Counted from the first letter of the stretch, positions 31,759 to 41,737 are shown. The stretch is DNA of 64,000 nt from an uncultured Chloroflexia bacterium (GCA_963736015.1 CAVTNG010000010.1:82258-146257); one strand, 5' to 3'. The notes: generated from the letters alone by a model not told the origin. A program made the numbers and translations.

Positions 31759-31787
31759 TTGACAGGCGGCGTTCTCGAACCGATACT
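31759..31787 (+). promoter_or_regulatory. Candidate sigma70-type promoter TTGACA-17 nt-GATACT upstream of the diiron protein gene
   Basis: Hexamers read directly, in a locally AT-richer stretch 45 nt upstream of ATG 31833. Confidence 0.35.
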
Positions 31788-31832
31788 AGACCTAGCAAAC
31801 GCTAAGTTAACCCGGGTCGAAAGGACGAGTTG

Positions 31833-32915
31833 ATGGCTGTCGACACGATGGAGATGCTGAAGACACCCTCTGACAGCATGGATGTCGATCTGAGCTGGAT
31901 GGAGAACACCGGAGAACGCGGCTTCTGGGCGAAGCCCGGCCGCCGCGGTCTGACGCTCGAAGAGATCAACCAGGGCGCCTACGGCGTGGCTCCCGACACC
32001 TCGGACGACATGACGATGGCCCAGCGCGGTTCCGCGCGGCGTGTCGGCGTCCCTCGTATCGGCTACCACATCGCCAAGAAGTCGGACACCTGGTCCAACA
32101 ACGCCGCGATGCTATACGAAGAGGCAGTACAGCGTCAGTGGTCGTCCGCCACCGACATTCCGTGGGACGAGCTGAAGCCGTTGCCGGACGACGTCGAGCG
32201 CGCTTACAGCCAGTTCTGCACGTTCCTCACGGAGGTGGAGTTCATCGCCGGTGACACGCCTGCGCAGTGGTTGCCCCAGATCAGCAACGAGCACTACGAG
32301 GTGAAGATGTTCCTCGCCTCGCAGATCATGGACGAGGCGCGCCATCTCGATGTATTCCGCAAGCGTGCGCTCGCCAACGGCGGGGGCCTGATGTCATCGA
32401 GCGGCAACGCCGGTCTGCGCGTGATCATCGAGTCGAAGGACTTCACCGAGATGTCCGCGATCATGCACGTGCAGGGCGAAGGCCTCGTGCAGTCGATCTT
32501 CCGCATGGGCGAGTACATTGCGACGAATGAGGCGGAGAAGCGAATCTTCCGCCTCTCGGCGCAGGACGAGTCGCGCCACGTCGCGTTCGGCGTCATGCAC
32601 CTCAAGTACATCCTGGAGACGGAGCCCGAGCGCCGCGAGGAGATTCACAGCTACCTCGAGAAGGCCGAGCCGATCATCGGCGCTGGCGCGGGCACTGCGC
32701 CGGTCGCCGGCGGCTCGCCTGTCTTCGGGACGTCGCTCGGCATCCTCTTCGGGCACTCGCTCGGCTCGCAGGAAGAGGGGGGCCGCCTGGCTCTCGCCGC
32801 GTTCCGGCGCCAGCTTAACGAGTACATGCACCGCCTCGAGGTCGCCGGTATGGGCGAGCGCCGCTACCGCCTGCCGGCGCAGATCCAGGCGATTCTCGAG
32901 CCGCCGAAGAACTGA
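31833..32915 (+). CDS. Ferritin-like diiron-carboxylate protein (AurF/R2-like oxygenase superfamily)
   Basis: Intact about 360 aa. Ligand pattern E (FLTEVEF) ... ExxH (MDEARHLDVF) ... E (HVQGEGL) ... ExxH (QDESRHVAFG). Confidence 0.6.
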   Translation: MAVDTMEMLKTPSDSMDVDLSWMENTGERGFWAKPGRRGLTLEEINQGAYGVAPDTSDDMTMAQRGSARRVGVPRIGYHIAKKSDTWSNNAAMLYEEAVQRQWSSATDIPWDELKPLPDDVERAYSQFCTFLTEVEFIAGDTPAQWLPQISNEHYEVKMFLASQIMDEARHLDVFRKRALANGGGLMSSSGNAGLRVIIESKDFTEMSAIMHVQGEGLVQSIFRMGEYIATNEAEKRIFRLSAQDESRHVAFGVMHLKYILETEPERREEIHSYLEKAEPIIGAGAGTAPVAGGSPVFGTSLGILFGHSLGSQEEGGRLALAAFRRQLNEYMHRLEVAGMGERRYRLPAQIQAILEPPKN

Positions 32916-32937
32916 CGGACTCTAACGCAACGACAAA

Positions 32938-32973
32938 GCAGAAGGCCCCGGGTTTCAACCCGGGGCCTTCTGC
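32938..32973. terminator. Perfect 15-bp stem hairpin between convergent genes (bidirectional terminator candidate)
   Basis: GCAGAAGGCCCCGGG-TTTCAA-CCCGGGGCCTTCTGC. On the minus strand it is followed by TTTGTCGTT. Confidence 0.6.
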
Positions 32974-32987
32974 ATGTCTCGACGAGC

Positions 32988-34043
32988 TCAGGAGGGCTGC
33001 GGCACGAACTCGCCCGCCGCCATCTGCAGCGTCAGCTCGTACGCCGGGATCGCCGCCTCGTCGCGGCACCGCTGGTAGTCAGCCAACGCCTCCTCTGCGG
33101 GCGCGCGTCGTCGCAGCACGTCATCGAGAGCGCCGGCAAGCAGCTCCGCGTCGCGAAATGCATCGGCGATGCCGAGGCCCGTCGTCGGGTCTTTCATGTA
33201 GCCCGCGTCTCCGACGAGCGCCCATCCCGGTCCCCACGGCTTGCGGAAGAAGTTCGGCACGTCGGCTGTCCCCATCCACCGCTCCTCACGCCGGCCCGCG
33301 CGCACCTTTGCCGAGAACGCAGGTGCGGCATCGAGAATCCACATGAACGTCGCTTCGATCTCAGCACGATACTCGTGGAAATGCTCGCGCGCCCGACCCG
33401 CGGCGACGCATGTCAGCCCATCGTTCGTCGGAAACGCCAGTACGCCGCCGTGGTCCGAGACGTAAACCTCCGCGCCGGCCATCTCGATGCCCGAGAAGTA
33501 CGAGTAGTAGCCTCCGGTCAGCGCCTCCCGCTCACGGTACTTCGGCGCGCCGACGGCGTCTGCGACGAGCGAGTGGTGCCCCTCGGCGCCGATGACCCAG
33601 TGCGCCCTCTGGCGTACCTCGGCGCCATCACGGGACCGCCCGGCAACTCCCACGACGCTATCGCCTTCGAAAAGCACCTCCGTCGCGCGTACGCCCGTGC
33701 GTACATCGACACCCGCCGCCTTCGCCGCATCGATGAGGATCGCGTCGAGCAGAAAGCGGCGCGGGCAGTATGCGACGCTGTCCATCGGAGGCTCCATTAG
33801 CAGCGCGTCGCCTGAGTACACGCGGAAGCTTGTGATGGGGGGCGCGCCCGTCGCCGCCACGACATCCCGGAGCCCCCACCGTTCGAGGCAAGCGACTCCC
33901 TGCGGCTGGATGTAATGCGTCGAGAGCTTGTCGCTTGGGAACGTATCGCGGTCGAGGAGCAGCACCCGATGCCCCGCCCGCGCCAGGAGCATCGCGGTTG
34001 GTGCCCCCGCGCACCGCGCGCCAATGACAATTGCGTCGTACAT
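32988..34043 (-). CDS. FAD-dependent oxidoreductase/monooxygenase (geranylgeranyl-reductase-like family)
   Basis: MYDAIVIGARCAGAPTAMLLARAGHRVLLLDR (GxGxxG Rossmann fold), and WALVGDAGYMKDPTTGLGI. Intact. Confidence 0.8.
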   Translation of the reverse strand: MYDAIVIGARCAGAPTAMLLARAGHRVLLLDRDTFPSDKLSTHYIQPQGVACLERWGLRDVVAATGAPPITSFRVYSGDALLMEPPMDSVAYCPRRFLLDAILIDAAKAAGVDVRTGVRATEVLFEGDSVVGVAGRSRDGAEVRQRAHWVIGAEGHHSLVADAVGAPKYREREALTGGYYSYFSGIEMAGAEVYVSDHGGVLAFPTNDGLTCVAAGRAREHFHEYRAEIEATFMWILDAAPAFSAKVRAGRREERWMGTADVPNFFRKPWGPGWALVGDAGYMKDPTTGLGIADAFRDAELLAGALDDVLRRRAPAEEALADYQRCRDEAAIPAYELTLQMAAGEFVPQPS

Positions 34044-34204
34044 ACGCCCTCCCGTGAGCACCGCCTGGTGCGGCGCTGTCGCAGCCGCGATGGTACGGCC
34101 TCCGGCGCCCAAAACGATAGACTTGCGCCTGGCGGATATGTGAGGCGTGAATGACGCCAAATCGCGGGCGCGGCATCGCCCTGTGCCGCCTACCCGGAGG
34201 TCGC

Positions 34205-34924
34205 GTGCCGTTCTTCGACTCGAGCGGCGTCTCGATCCACTACATCAGCGAGGGCGTTGGTCCGCCAGCGACGCTGGTTCACGGGCTCTCCAGCAGCATT
34301 GAACAGAACTGGCGCCGCCCCGGCGTGATCAGCGCGCTCGTCGCGGCTGGGCATCGCGTCGTCGCGCTCGACTGCCGCGGTCATGGCCAGAGCGATAAGC
34401 CGCACGATGCGGCGTCCTACGGCGACGGGAAGATGGCGCTCGACGTCATCGCGCTCATGGATCACCTCGCGATCGAGAAGTCCGATCTCGTCGGCTACTC
34501 GATGGGCGGCGCCATCGCGGCATCGCTGCTCGTCCGCCATCCCGAACGGCTCGAACGCGTCGTGCTGGCCGGTGTCGGCGACTGGGTTCTCCGCACGCCG
34601 CGCCAAGGCCAGGCCGCCGCTTCGCGGGGTCGGCCGTTTGGTCGCCGTCTCGCCGGCCGCATCGCGCGGCGCACCGGCAACGACCAGGAGGCGCTGGACG
34701 CGATGCAGCGGGCACCGCGTGACCGCGTTGACCGGGCGACCCTTGGGCAGGTGACATCGCCCGTGCTTATCCTCAACGGCAGTCGAGACCTCGCCGCCGG
34801 TCAAGCCACCCGGCTCGTAACGGCGATCCCCGGCGCGCGCAGCGCGAGGGTGCCTGGGGGGCACCTGACGGCCGTGGGCAGGCCGGAGTTCCGCTCAGCT
34901 ATCGTGCACTTTCTCGCGAGATGA
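34205..34924 (+). CDS. Alpha/beta hydrolase
   Basis: LVHGLSSS, ALDCRGHGQSD, nucleophile elbow GYSMGG and C-terminal GGHL. The start (GTG 34205 vs 34151) is uncertain. Confidence 0.75.
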   Translation: MPFFDSSGVSIHYISEGVGPPATLVHGLSSSIEQNWRRPGVISALVAAGHRVVALDCRGHGQSDKPHDAASYGDGKMALDVIALMDHLAIEKSDLVGYSMGGAIAASLLVRHPERLERVVLAGVGDWVLRTPRQGQAAASRGRPFGRRLAGRIARRTGNDQEALDAMQRAPRDRVDRATLGQVTSPVLILNGSRDLAAGQATRLVTAIPGARSARVPGGHLTAVGRPEFRSAIVHFLAR

Positions 34925-35448
34925 GTCAGGCCACACCCGTCGTTCGCACCGCTACCGTCGCCGACGCCGGCGCCATCGCCGCCGTCGATGTCGCGAGCTG
35001 GCGTGCGGCCTATCGCGGCATCATGCCTGACGCCTATCTCGATGCCCTGTCTGTCGTGCGCAAGACCTCGGACTGGCAGCGCAGCCTCGGGCGCGCCCAC
35101 GAGCGGGGCAAGAGGACGTTCGTCGCCGAGACTGACGGCTCCGTCGTAGGATTCGCGACCGTCGGGCCCGACACCGAGGTCGCCAGCTCCGGCCTGCTCT
35201 TCCTGATGTACGTCGCGCCCGGGCAGTGGGGCCGCGGCTCGGGCCGCGCGCTCATGACGGCGTCCGAGACTGCGCTCCGCGAGTTGGGATACGCGCGCGC
35301 CGTCCTGTGGGTGCTGGAAGCGAACATTCGCGCCAGGCGTTTCTACGAGGCCGCAGGCTGGAGCGCAGACGACGCACGGCGGATCGTGGAGTACGGTACG
35401 CCGCTACCCGCGCTTCGCTACGCCCGCGGCGTTGTGAACGCCTGCTAG
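34921..35448 (+). CDS. GNAT family N-acetyltransferase
   Basis: VVGFATVGP...LFLMYVAPGQWGRGSGRALM (Q/RxxGxG/A acetyl-CoA loop), RARRFYEAAGW. Confidence 0.8.
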   Translation: MSQATPVVRTATVADAGAIAAVDVASWRAAYRGIMPDAYLDALSVVRKTSDWQRSLGRAHERGKRTFVAETDGSVVGFATVGPDTEVASSGLLFLMYVAPGQWGRGSGRALMTASETALRELGYARAVLWVLEANIRARRFYEAAGWSADDARRIVEYGTPLPALRYARGVVNAC

Positions 35449-35705
35449 GCCGTCACCGGCGCCTCTGTGACCTCGAAGCGGAAGTCCTCGATGACCGGGT
35501 TAGCGAGCAGCTTGCGGCACATTTCGGCGACCTGCGCCTCCGCATTGGCGCTCGACGCAGCCTCGAGCGTGATCTCCATGTACTTCCCGGAGCGCACCGA
35601 CGCCACGGAGGCGAATCCCAGCGAGTGCAGGCCGCCCCGGATCGTGAGGCCGGGCGGATCGTTGACTGTGGGCTTGAGTGTCACGTAGACGCGGGCCAGG
35701 TACAT
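35445..35705 (-). CDS. purS: Phosphoribosylformylglycinamidine synthase subunit PurS
   Basis: 86 aa: MYLARVYVTLKPTVNDPPGLTIRGGLHSLGFASVASVRSGKYMEITLEA...AEMCRKLLANPVIEDFRFEV. Confidence 0.8.
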   Translation of the reverse strand: MYLARVYVTLKPTVNDPPGLTIRGGLHSLGFASVASVRSGKYMEITLEAASSANAEAQVAEMCRKLLANPVIEDFRFEVTEAPVTA

Positions 35706-35829
35706 CGTCGGGAGGATAGCGATAGCGGGCGTCGTGCGGTAGCGCCGCCGAGCAGTTGACAATCGTGGGCTCGGACACCGTCGCATCGTGGTAGCATCGG
35801 GGGAAACAGCAGGAGGGGAGAACGCCGGG

Positions 35830-36069
35830 ATGAACGCGATACGTCACATCGTCAACAACGAAGAAGGCCATGGCGGGCCGTTGCCCGGGATGGCCATCGG
35901 CGCAATCGGCGCGATCTTGCTCGGCGTGTCGGTGGCCGGTGACTGGGGCTGGCTCGCGATCATCGCCGGCGTGATGGTCGCCATCGGCATCGTTGGTGCG
36001 TTCATCATGAACCACATCATCGTGGAGTACGACATCTACGCTCGCCTCGAGGATCTCGAGAAGAAGTAA
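35830..36069 (+). CDS. Small two-TM membrane protein, hypothetical
   Basis: GMAIGAIGAILLGVSVAGDWGWLAIIAGVMVAIGIVGAFIM hydrophobic core. The start is uncertain (35788 or 35830). Confidence 0.4.
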   Translation: MNAIRHIVNNEEGHGGPLPGMAIGAIGAILLGVSVAGDWGWLAIIAGVMVAIGIVGAFIMNHIIVEYDIYARLEDLEKK

Positions 36070-36180
36070 CGAGGTCTCCCTTCATCCGGGGCTTGGTCAG
36101 GGTATTTGACGCGGGTACCGCTGAGTCGCGGCGCAGTCACTTGCAAATCTGTACTCACCTGATACCATGCACGCAGGAGG

Positions 36181-36648
36181 GTGCCGATGCCCAAGGAATA
36201 CGGCCTGCCGTGCCCCGTCGCGAAGTCCCTTGATATCGTCGGTGACCGCTGGACGCTGCTCATCGTGCGTGACCTGCTCACGCTCGGGCCGCGCAAGTAC
36301 GTCGAGCTGTCGGAGTCGCTACGCGGCATCGCACCGAACGTGCTCTCGGACCGCCTCAAGCTGCTCGAGGCGCACCGCGTAATCGAGCGTGAGTTCTACG
36401 AGGACCACCCGCCCCGGGCCCGCTACAAGCTCACCCGGAAGGGCGCTGACCTTCGCACCGTCCTCCTGGCCTTTTCGCAGTGGGGAAACAAGTACCTCTA
36501 CGACGGCGTGGGCGTCGTTCACGCCGCGTGCGGCCACGACGTGAAGCTGATGACCACCTGCGAGCACTGCGGAGAGCCGGTCGCTCCCCGAGACACGGCG
36601 ATGAAGTACCGCCGGAAGGAAGCTGCTCGCGCCGTCGGACTCGCATAG
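36181..36648 (+). CDS. HxlR-family winged-helix transcriptional regulator with C-terminal Cys/His extension
   Basis: CPVAKSLDIVGDRWTLLIVRDLL...RKYVELSESLRGIAPNVLSDRLKLLEAHRVIER. Extra tail HAACGHDVKLMTTCEHCGEPV. Confidence 0.85.
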   Translation: MPMPKEYGLPCPVAKSLDIVGDRWTLLIVRDLLTLGPRKYVELSESLRGIAPNVLSDRLKLLEAHRVIEREFYEDHPPRARYKLTRKGADLRTVLLAFSQWGNKYLYDGVGVVHAACGHDVKLMTTCEHCGEPVAPRDTAMKYRRKEAARAVGLA

Positions 36649-36690
36649 ACCCCGAATCGATCTGGCGCAACATTCAAGGCTGGGCGCTCC

Positions 36691-36726
36691 TTGACTTAGG
36701 CTTGTCACTATAGATAAGCTAGTGAC
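36691..36726 (+). promoter_or_regulatory. TTGACT -35-like hexamer followed by the perfect inverted repeat GTCACTA-N9-TAGTGAC (operator candidate)
   Basis: Read directly. AT-rich patch between the HxlR gene and the downstream small-ORF/thioesterase/hydrolase genes. Confidence 0.3.
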
Positions 36727-36756
36727 TACGGACGAGGAATCGATAAGGAGCCGCGC

Positions 36757-36984
36757 ATGGACATCGAATTGGTTGTCGTCGCAGTCCACCAGCAGCGCGA
36801 GGCCGATGCCGCGGGCGCCGTTCTGGCTTCGCGTGCCCGCCGCGAGTCAGCCACGCCAACCCGCGGTCATGTCTGGCATGCGCCACGGTCTCCAATCGAC
36901 GCGAAGGCGCGCTGGCGCTGGTTCCTCCACCTCGCTCCTACCACGCGCCCCGGCGTCGACGCGGCGCGGGCAGGCGCCGCGTGA
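36757..36984 (+). CDS. Hypothetical small protein (75 aa)
   Basis: AAGGAG SD 7 nt upstream of the ATG; the stop overlaps the GTG of the thioesterase gene. No family recognised, and the sequence is Arg/Ala-rich, so it could be non-coding. Confidence 0.2.
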   Translation: MDIELVVVAVHQQREADAAGAVLASRARRESATPTRGHVWHAPRSPIDAKARWRWFLHLAPTTRPGVDAARAGAA

Positions 36985-37466
36985 GCGACAGGTCGGACCC
37001 TGCGCCCGCCGCGCTTGAACGTTTCGACGCCGCGCGGCTGAACCAGGCCTCGCAGGGCAAACTACCCGGCCTCTTCGGCATCGAAGTCGTTGCCGCATCG
37101 TCCGGTCTCATCGAGAGCACGATGGCCATCCGCCAGGAGTTCCTCGCGCCGAACGGGTACCTGCACGCTGCGACGGTCGTCGCACTCGCCGATACCTCCT
37201 GCGGATATGGCACCCTGGCGTCCTTACCGGAGGGTGCGGTCGGGTTTACAACGATCGAGCTGAAATCAAATCATCTCGGCACCGCGCGGGAGGGCGTGCT
37301 CGCCTGCACTGCGCGTCTCACGCACGGCGGGCGCCGCACCCAGGTCTGGGACGCGGAGGTCCGCGACGCCGCGTCTGGCACGATCATCGCGCTCTTCCGC
37401 TGCACCCAGATGCTGATTTACGACCGCAGGGACTGTGACCTCGCCAGCCCGCTGCGCGATGGTTGA
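36981..37466 (+). CDS. PaaI/hotdog-fold acyl-CoA thioesterase
   Basis: GLFGIEVV..., NGYLHAATVVALADTSCGYG, TIELKSNHLG and GRRTQVWDAEV. Confidence 0.8.
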   Translation: MSDRSDPAPAALERFDAARLNQASQGKLPGLFGIEVVAASSGLIESTMAIRQEFLAPNGYLHAATVVALADTSCGYGTLASLPEGAVGFTTIELKSNHLGTAREGVLACTARLTHGGRRTQVWDAEVRDAASGTIIALFRCTQMLIYDRRDCDLASPLRDG

Positions 37467-37550
37467 TACGGCGGACTTGCATCGCCGAATTGCCCCTCCG
37501 CCCGCTGCATGGTTGAATCCGGCTACCGGCTTCAGATCGAGGAGTGATCG

Positions 37551-38238
37551 ATGGGCGAGATGGTCTGCGTTTCCGAGCAACGGCAAGCAGGGCGAGGGCT
37601 ATCTCTCGAAGCCCGCGGCGGGTAAGGGCGCGGGCATCGTTGTCCTGCAGGAGTGGTGGGGCCTCGTGCCATGGATCAAGAGTGTCGCCGACCGTCTCGC
37701 CGGAGAGGGCTACGTCGCGCTCGTCCCCGACCTCTACCACGGCAAGACCACGGCCGAGCCCGACGAAGCCGGCAAGATGATGATGGCGATGAAGATGGAC
37801 GAGGCCGCGAGAGATATGTCCGGCGCCTACGGTTACCTGAAGTCGCATGAGGCCAGCACCGGTAAGGTCGGCTGCGTCGGCTTCTGCCTCGGCGGCGGCC
37901 TCTCGCTCTACCTCGCGACCCTCCAGCCGATCGATGCCTGCGTTGTCTACTACGGCGTGCTCCCGGGCGCGCAGCCGGACCTCGCGAACCTCAAGGGACC
38001 CGTCCTTGGCCACTACGCCGAGAACGACGGCTGGGCGACCCCGGACGCCGCAAACGCGCTCGAGCAGCAGATCAAGAACGCTGGCAAGCAGGTCGAGTTT
38101 CACCAGTACGCCGGTGCCAAGCACGCCTTCATGAACCCCTCGCCGGAGGTACCGAAGGCGGGAGGAGGTTACGACGAGAACGCGGCAAAGACGTCGTGGC
38201 AGCGCACGCTCGAGTTCTTCAAGAAGAACCTCGCTTAA
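37551..38238 (+). CDS. Dienelactone hydrolase family protein (frame change a few codons after the start)
   Basis: GEGYLSKPAAGKGAGIVVLQEWWGL, LAGEGYVALVPDLYHG, nucleophile GCVGFCLGG, and GAKHAF. GAGGAG SD before ATG 37551. Confidence 0.8.
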
Positions 38239-38240
38239 CG

Positions 38241-38705
38241 TTGGCCGAGGAGTGGCGCCGCGGCGAGTACGTCATCAGCACCGACCGCGAGCGCATCGAC
38301 GTCGACGTGGTCCACGGGTTTCTCGCGGCGTCGTACTGGGCCAAGGGCATCTCGCGCGACATCGTGGCCCGGTCGATCGAGGGGGCGCTGACGTTCGGGA
38401 TCTATCGCGATGGGCGGCAGGTCGGCGGCGCGCGGGTCATCACCGACTACGCGACGATCGGCTACGTCGCGGACGTCTTCGTACTGGAGGAGCATCGGGG
38501 CAAGGGCCTCAGCATCTGGTTGATGGAAACGATCATGGCGCATCCGCGCCTGCAGGGCTTCCGGATATGGCGCCTGGCGACGCGCGATGCCCATGGCCTG
38601 TACGAGAAGGTGGGCTTTCGTCGCGCGGCCCATCCCGAGAACCTCATGGAGATCCTGAACCCCGACGTGTTCCTGTCGAGCCACAACCCCGCACTCGGCG
38701 ACTGA
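38241..38705 (+). CDS. GNAT family N-acetyltransferase
   Basis: VADVFVLEEHRGKGLSIWLMETI and GLYEKVGF. TTG start chosen just after the upstream stop. Confidence 0.7.
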   Translation: MAEEWRRGEYVISTDRERIDVDVVHGFLAASYWAKGISRDIVARSIEGALTFGIYRDGRQVGGARVITDYATIGYVADVFVLEEHRGKGLSIWLMETIMAHPRLQGFRIWRLATRDAHGLYEKVGFRRAAHPENLMEILNPDVFLSSHNPALGD

Positions 38706-38715
38706 TGGAGGCAGC

Positions 38716-39685
38716 ATGAAAGCAGCGGTGTATTACGAGACCGGCGCGCCCGATGTCTTCCGCTACGAGGACGTCCCTGATCCGGCGGTCCAGCCGAACG
38801 GCGTTCTCATCGACGTCCAGGCGATCGCCATCGAGGGCGGCGATGTGCTGAACCGCGCCGGCGGCGCCCTGACATCGACACCGCACATCGTTGGATACAA
38901 CTGCGCCGGCGTCGTGCGCGAGGTCGGCGGCGCCGTCACGGACCGCAAGCCCGGCGACCGCGTGACCGCGCTCATGGCGAGCGGCTCGCACGCGTCGATG
39001 GTCGCCGTTCCCGCGACGTCCACCTTTCCCGTGCCCGATGGCTGCTCGATCGAGCAGGCGGCGTGCGTGCCGGTGTCGTGGGGCACCGCGCATGACTGCA
39101 TCTTCGAGTTCGGGCGCCTGCAGCCCGGCGAGACCGTCCTCGTGCAGGCGGGCACGAGCGGAGTCGGCATCGCCTGCGTCCAGCTCGCGAAGCGCGGCGG
39201 CGCGACCGTCATCGCCACGTCGTCGAGCGACGAGAAGCTCGAGCGCCTGAAGCAGTACGGCATGGACATCGGCATGAACTATCGTGACGGCAACTTCGTC
39301 GAGGCTGTCCGCAAGGCGACGAACGGGCAGGGCGCGAACCTCGTCGTCGACTCGGTCGGCGGCAAGACGCTCGAGGGCAGCATGCAGAGCGTTGCCTACC
39401 GCGGCCGCGTCATCACTGTCGGCAACGTCAGCCGCGAGGGCCGCGCGATCGACGTCGTCGGCGCTGAGCGGCGGAAATGCCTCGCTCACGGGCGTGTTCT
39501 TCGGCCTGGAGACGTTCCGCAGCGCGGCACGTGTCGTCGCGCTCATGGACGCGCTGCTCGAGGACATCGCGAAGGGCGAGCTGAAGGTCGTGGTGGACCG
39601 TACGTTCCCGCTGTCCGAAGCCGCCGCTGCTCACGCCTACATCGAGAGCCGCGCCGCCTTCGGCCGCGTCGTGCTGGTGCCGTAG
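38716..39685 (+). CDS. MDR-superfamily quinone oxidoreductase/zinc-type alcohol dehydrogenase (one frame change)
   Basis: MKAAVYYETGAPDVFRYEDVPDP, GYNCAGVV, PGETVLVQAGTSGVGIACVQLAK and GRVVLVP. Confidence 0.85.
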
Positions 39686-39691
39686 GCTGCA

Positions 39692-40280
39692 GTGGAACTC
39701 TCCGAGTTCGTCCGTGATTTCGCCGCGGCGATTGTCGCCGTGGACGCGCAGCGCCCAATCGCACTAAATCGCGCTCGAAGGAGCCATTCTCTGCGGGCAT
39801 CGAACCGCACACTGAAGCAGCGGCGATTCGGCTCGTGATGGCTCACCTCACCACATGCACCAACTACGCAGCCTATCGCACAGGCGTTCCCTATCCGGGC
39901 TCGACTCGACAGAAGTGCGATGTCTGCCTCGGTTCTGATCCCTTCTGGGAATGGGTCATTGAGGCCAAGCTGCTTCGATTCCTCGGCGATAACGGCCAGC
40001 TCAATGACAACATGCTGATGCACATCTTCTCACCGTACCCAGCGCACCGAAGCGCGCTGACCGATTGCATGAAGCTGCGGGACTCGGCGTTCGCGGGACG
40101 CAAGGCCATCATGATTTATGGATTCAGGCTGAGGGGTGGCCCTGGAGCCGGCGATCTTGGCGTTCGAAGGCTTGGCGAACCGCTTCGTCGATCTTCGGCC
40201 AACGGTGCTACTCGAGCTTTGCGGGACTGGTGCATCCGTTTCACAGGAGTGGTGGCGTGTTTGCGTGGGAAGTCCGCTGA
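39692..40280 (+). pseudogene. Degraded PD-(D/E)xK (restriction-endonuclease-like) nuclease gene in a lower-G+C patch
   Basis: ...GIEPHTEAAAIRLVMAHL...QKCDVCLGSDPFWEWVIEAKLLRF (D-x14-E-x-K) ...KAIMIYGF. At least 4 frame changes are needed to reach the terminal ...GLVHPFHRSGGVFAWEVR stop at 40280. G+C is visibly lower than in the flanks. Confidence 0.3.
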
Positions 40281-40283
40281 GCC

Positions 40284-41737
40284 CTACACGAACAGCGCGC
40301 TGGTCGCGTTGTCGACGACGTCGAACAGTTGCTGCGGATAGAGCCCGATGTACAGCACGCCGAGCATGAGCGCGGCCGCGAGGCCGTTCATCAGCATCGG
40401 CACACGCAGCGGCTCTTCCTCGCCCTCGGCCGGCGACTCGACGAATGCCTGCCGCATCACCTGCAGGTAGTAGAAGAGCGATACCACGCTGGTGACCACG
40501 GCGATGCCGGCGAGCCAGTAGTAGCCGGCGTCGGTGACGGACTGGAAGAGGATGAACTTGGTGACGAAGCCCGGCGAACAGCGGCAGTCCGGCGAGCGAG
40601 AACAACGCCCCGGCCATTACGCCCGCGAGCAGCGGCGCCCGTTCGCGCATGCCGCGGAAGTCGGTGATCTCCTCGTGGCCCGTCATGTTGTACCAGGCGA
40701 TGATGACGACGAAGATCGCCAGATTCGTGACCATGTAGCCCGTCAGATGCAGCACCAGCGCCGATGCGGTGTCGTGCGATAGCCCCGCGAGTCCCATCAG
40801 CATGTAACCGACCTGCCCGATCGATGAATACGCCATCAGCCGCTTGATGTTGTGCTGCTGCAGCGCGACCAGGTTGCCGTAGATCATCGTCGCCGCCGCG
40901 ATGCCCGCGACCATCCAGCTCCAGTCATCGTGGACGACCTGGAACGCCCCGCCAAAGAGCCGCAGCAGCATCGCGAAGCCCGCCGCTTTCGATGTCGTGG
41001 ACAGGTACGCCGTGATCGCAACAGGCGCGCCTTCGTAGGCGTCCGGCGTCCACATGTGGAACGGCACCGCGGCAACCTTGAACCCCAGCCCGGCGATGAT
41101 CAGCACCAGCGCCATGAGCAGCGCGTACGAGAACTCGCTCGTCCCGTTCGAGAGGTTGGCGGCAATCTCGACGTAGTAGGTGCTGCCCGTGAGCCCGTAG
41201 ATCAGGCTGATGCCATATAGCAGCATCGCTGATGAGAACGCGCCCAGCAGCAGGTACTTCAGTCCAGCCTCGTTTGAGCGCGGGTCGTACTTCCCGAACG
41301 AGACAAGTACATAGAGGCTGAAGCTCAGCAACTCGAGCGATAGATACGCCGTCATCAGCTCTCGCGACGCCGCCATGCCCACCGCGCCTATCGTCGAGAG
41401 GATGATCAGACGCGTAGTATTCGCCGGGATGCCGGAACTTGTCCTGGACGAACTCGCCCGACGAAAGGCAGACGACCGCGCCCATCGACATGAAGAACAC
41501 GCGGAAGTACGTCGTGTAGTTGTCGATAGCGATGATGCTCGCGAAGTTCGTCTCCTTGTTCGTCCACGCCAGCGAGACGCCGGCCGCGGCGAACAACCCG
41601 GTGGCGGCGATGTACGCGAGCCACGTCTTCTTCATCTGCGGGACGTACAAATCGAGTCCCATGACGATCAGCACGAGGCCCACGAGCATGTACTCGGGGA
41701 TAAACAGCGTGTAATCGAGGTTGAGGCCCGTCGTCAC
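40284..41737 (-). CDS. nuoN: NADH-quinone oxidoreductase subunit N (frameshifted as given)
   Basis: LSLELLSFSLYVLV, GLKYLLLGAFSSAMLLYGISLIYG, FKVAAVPFHMWTPDAYEGAP and KRLMAYSSIGQVGYML. The GTG overlaps the nuoM stop. Confidence 0.85.
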
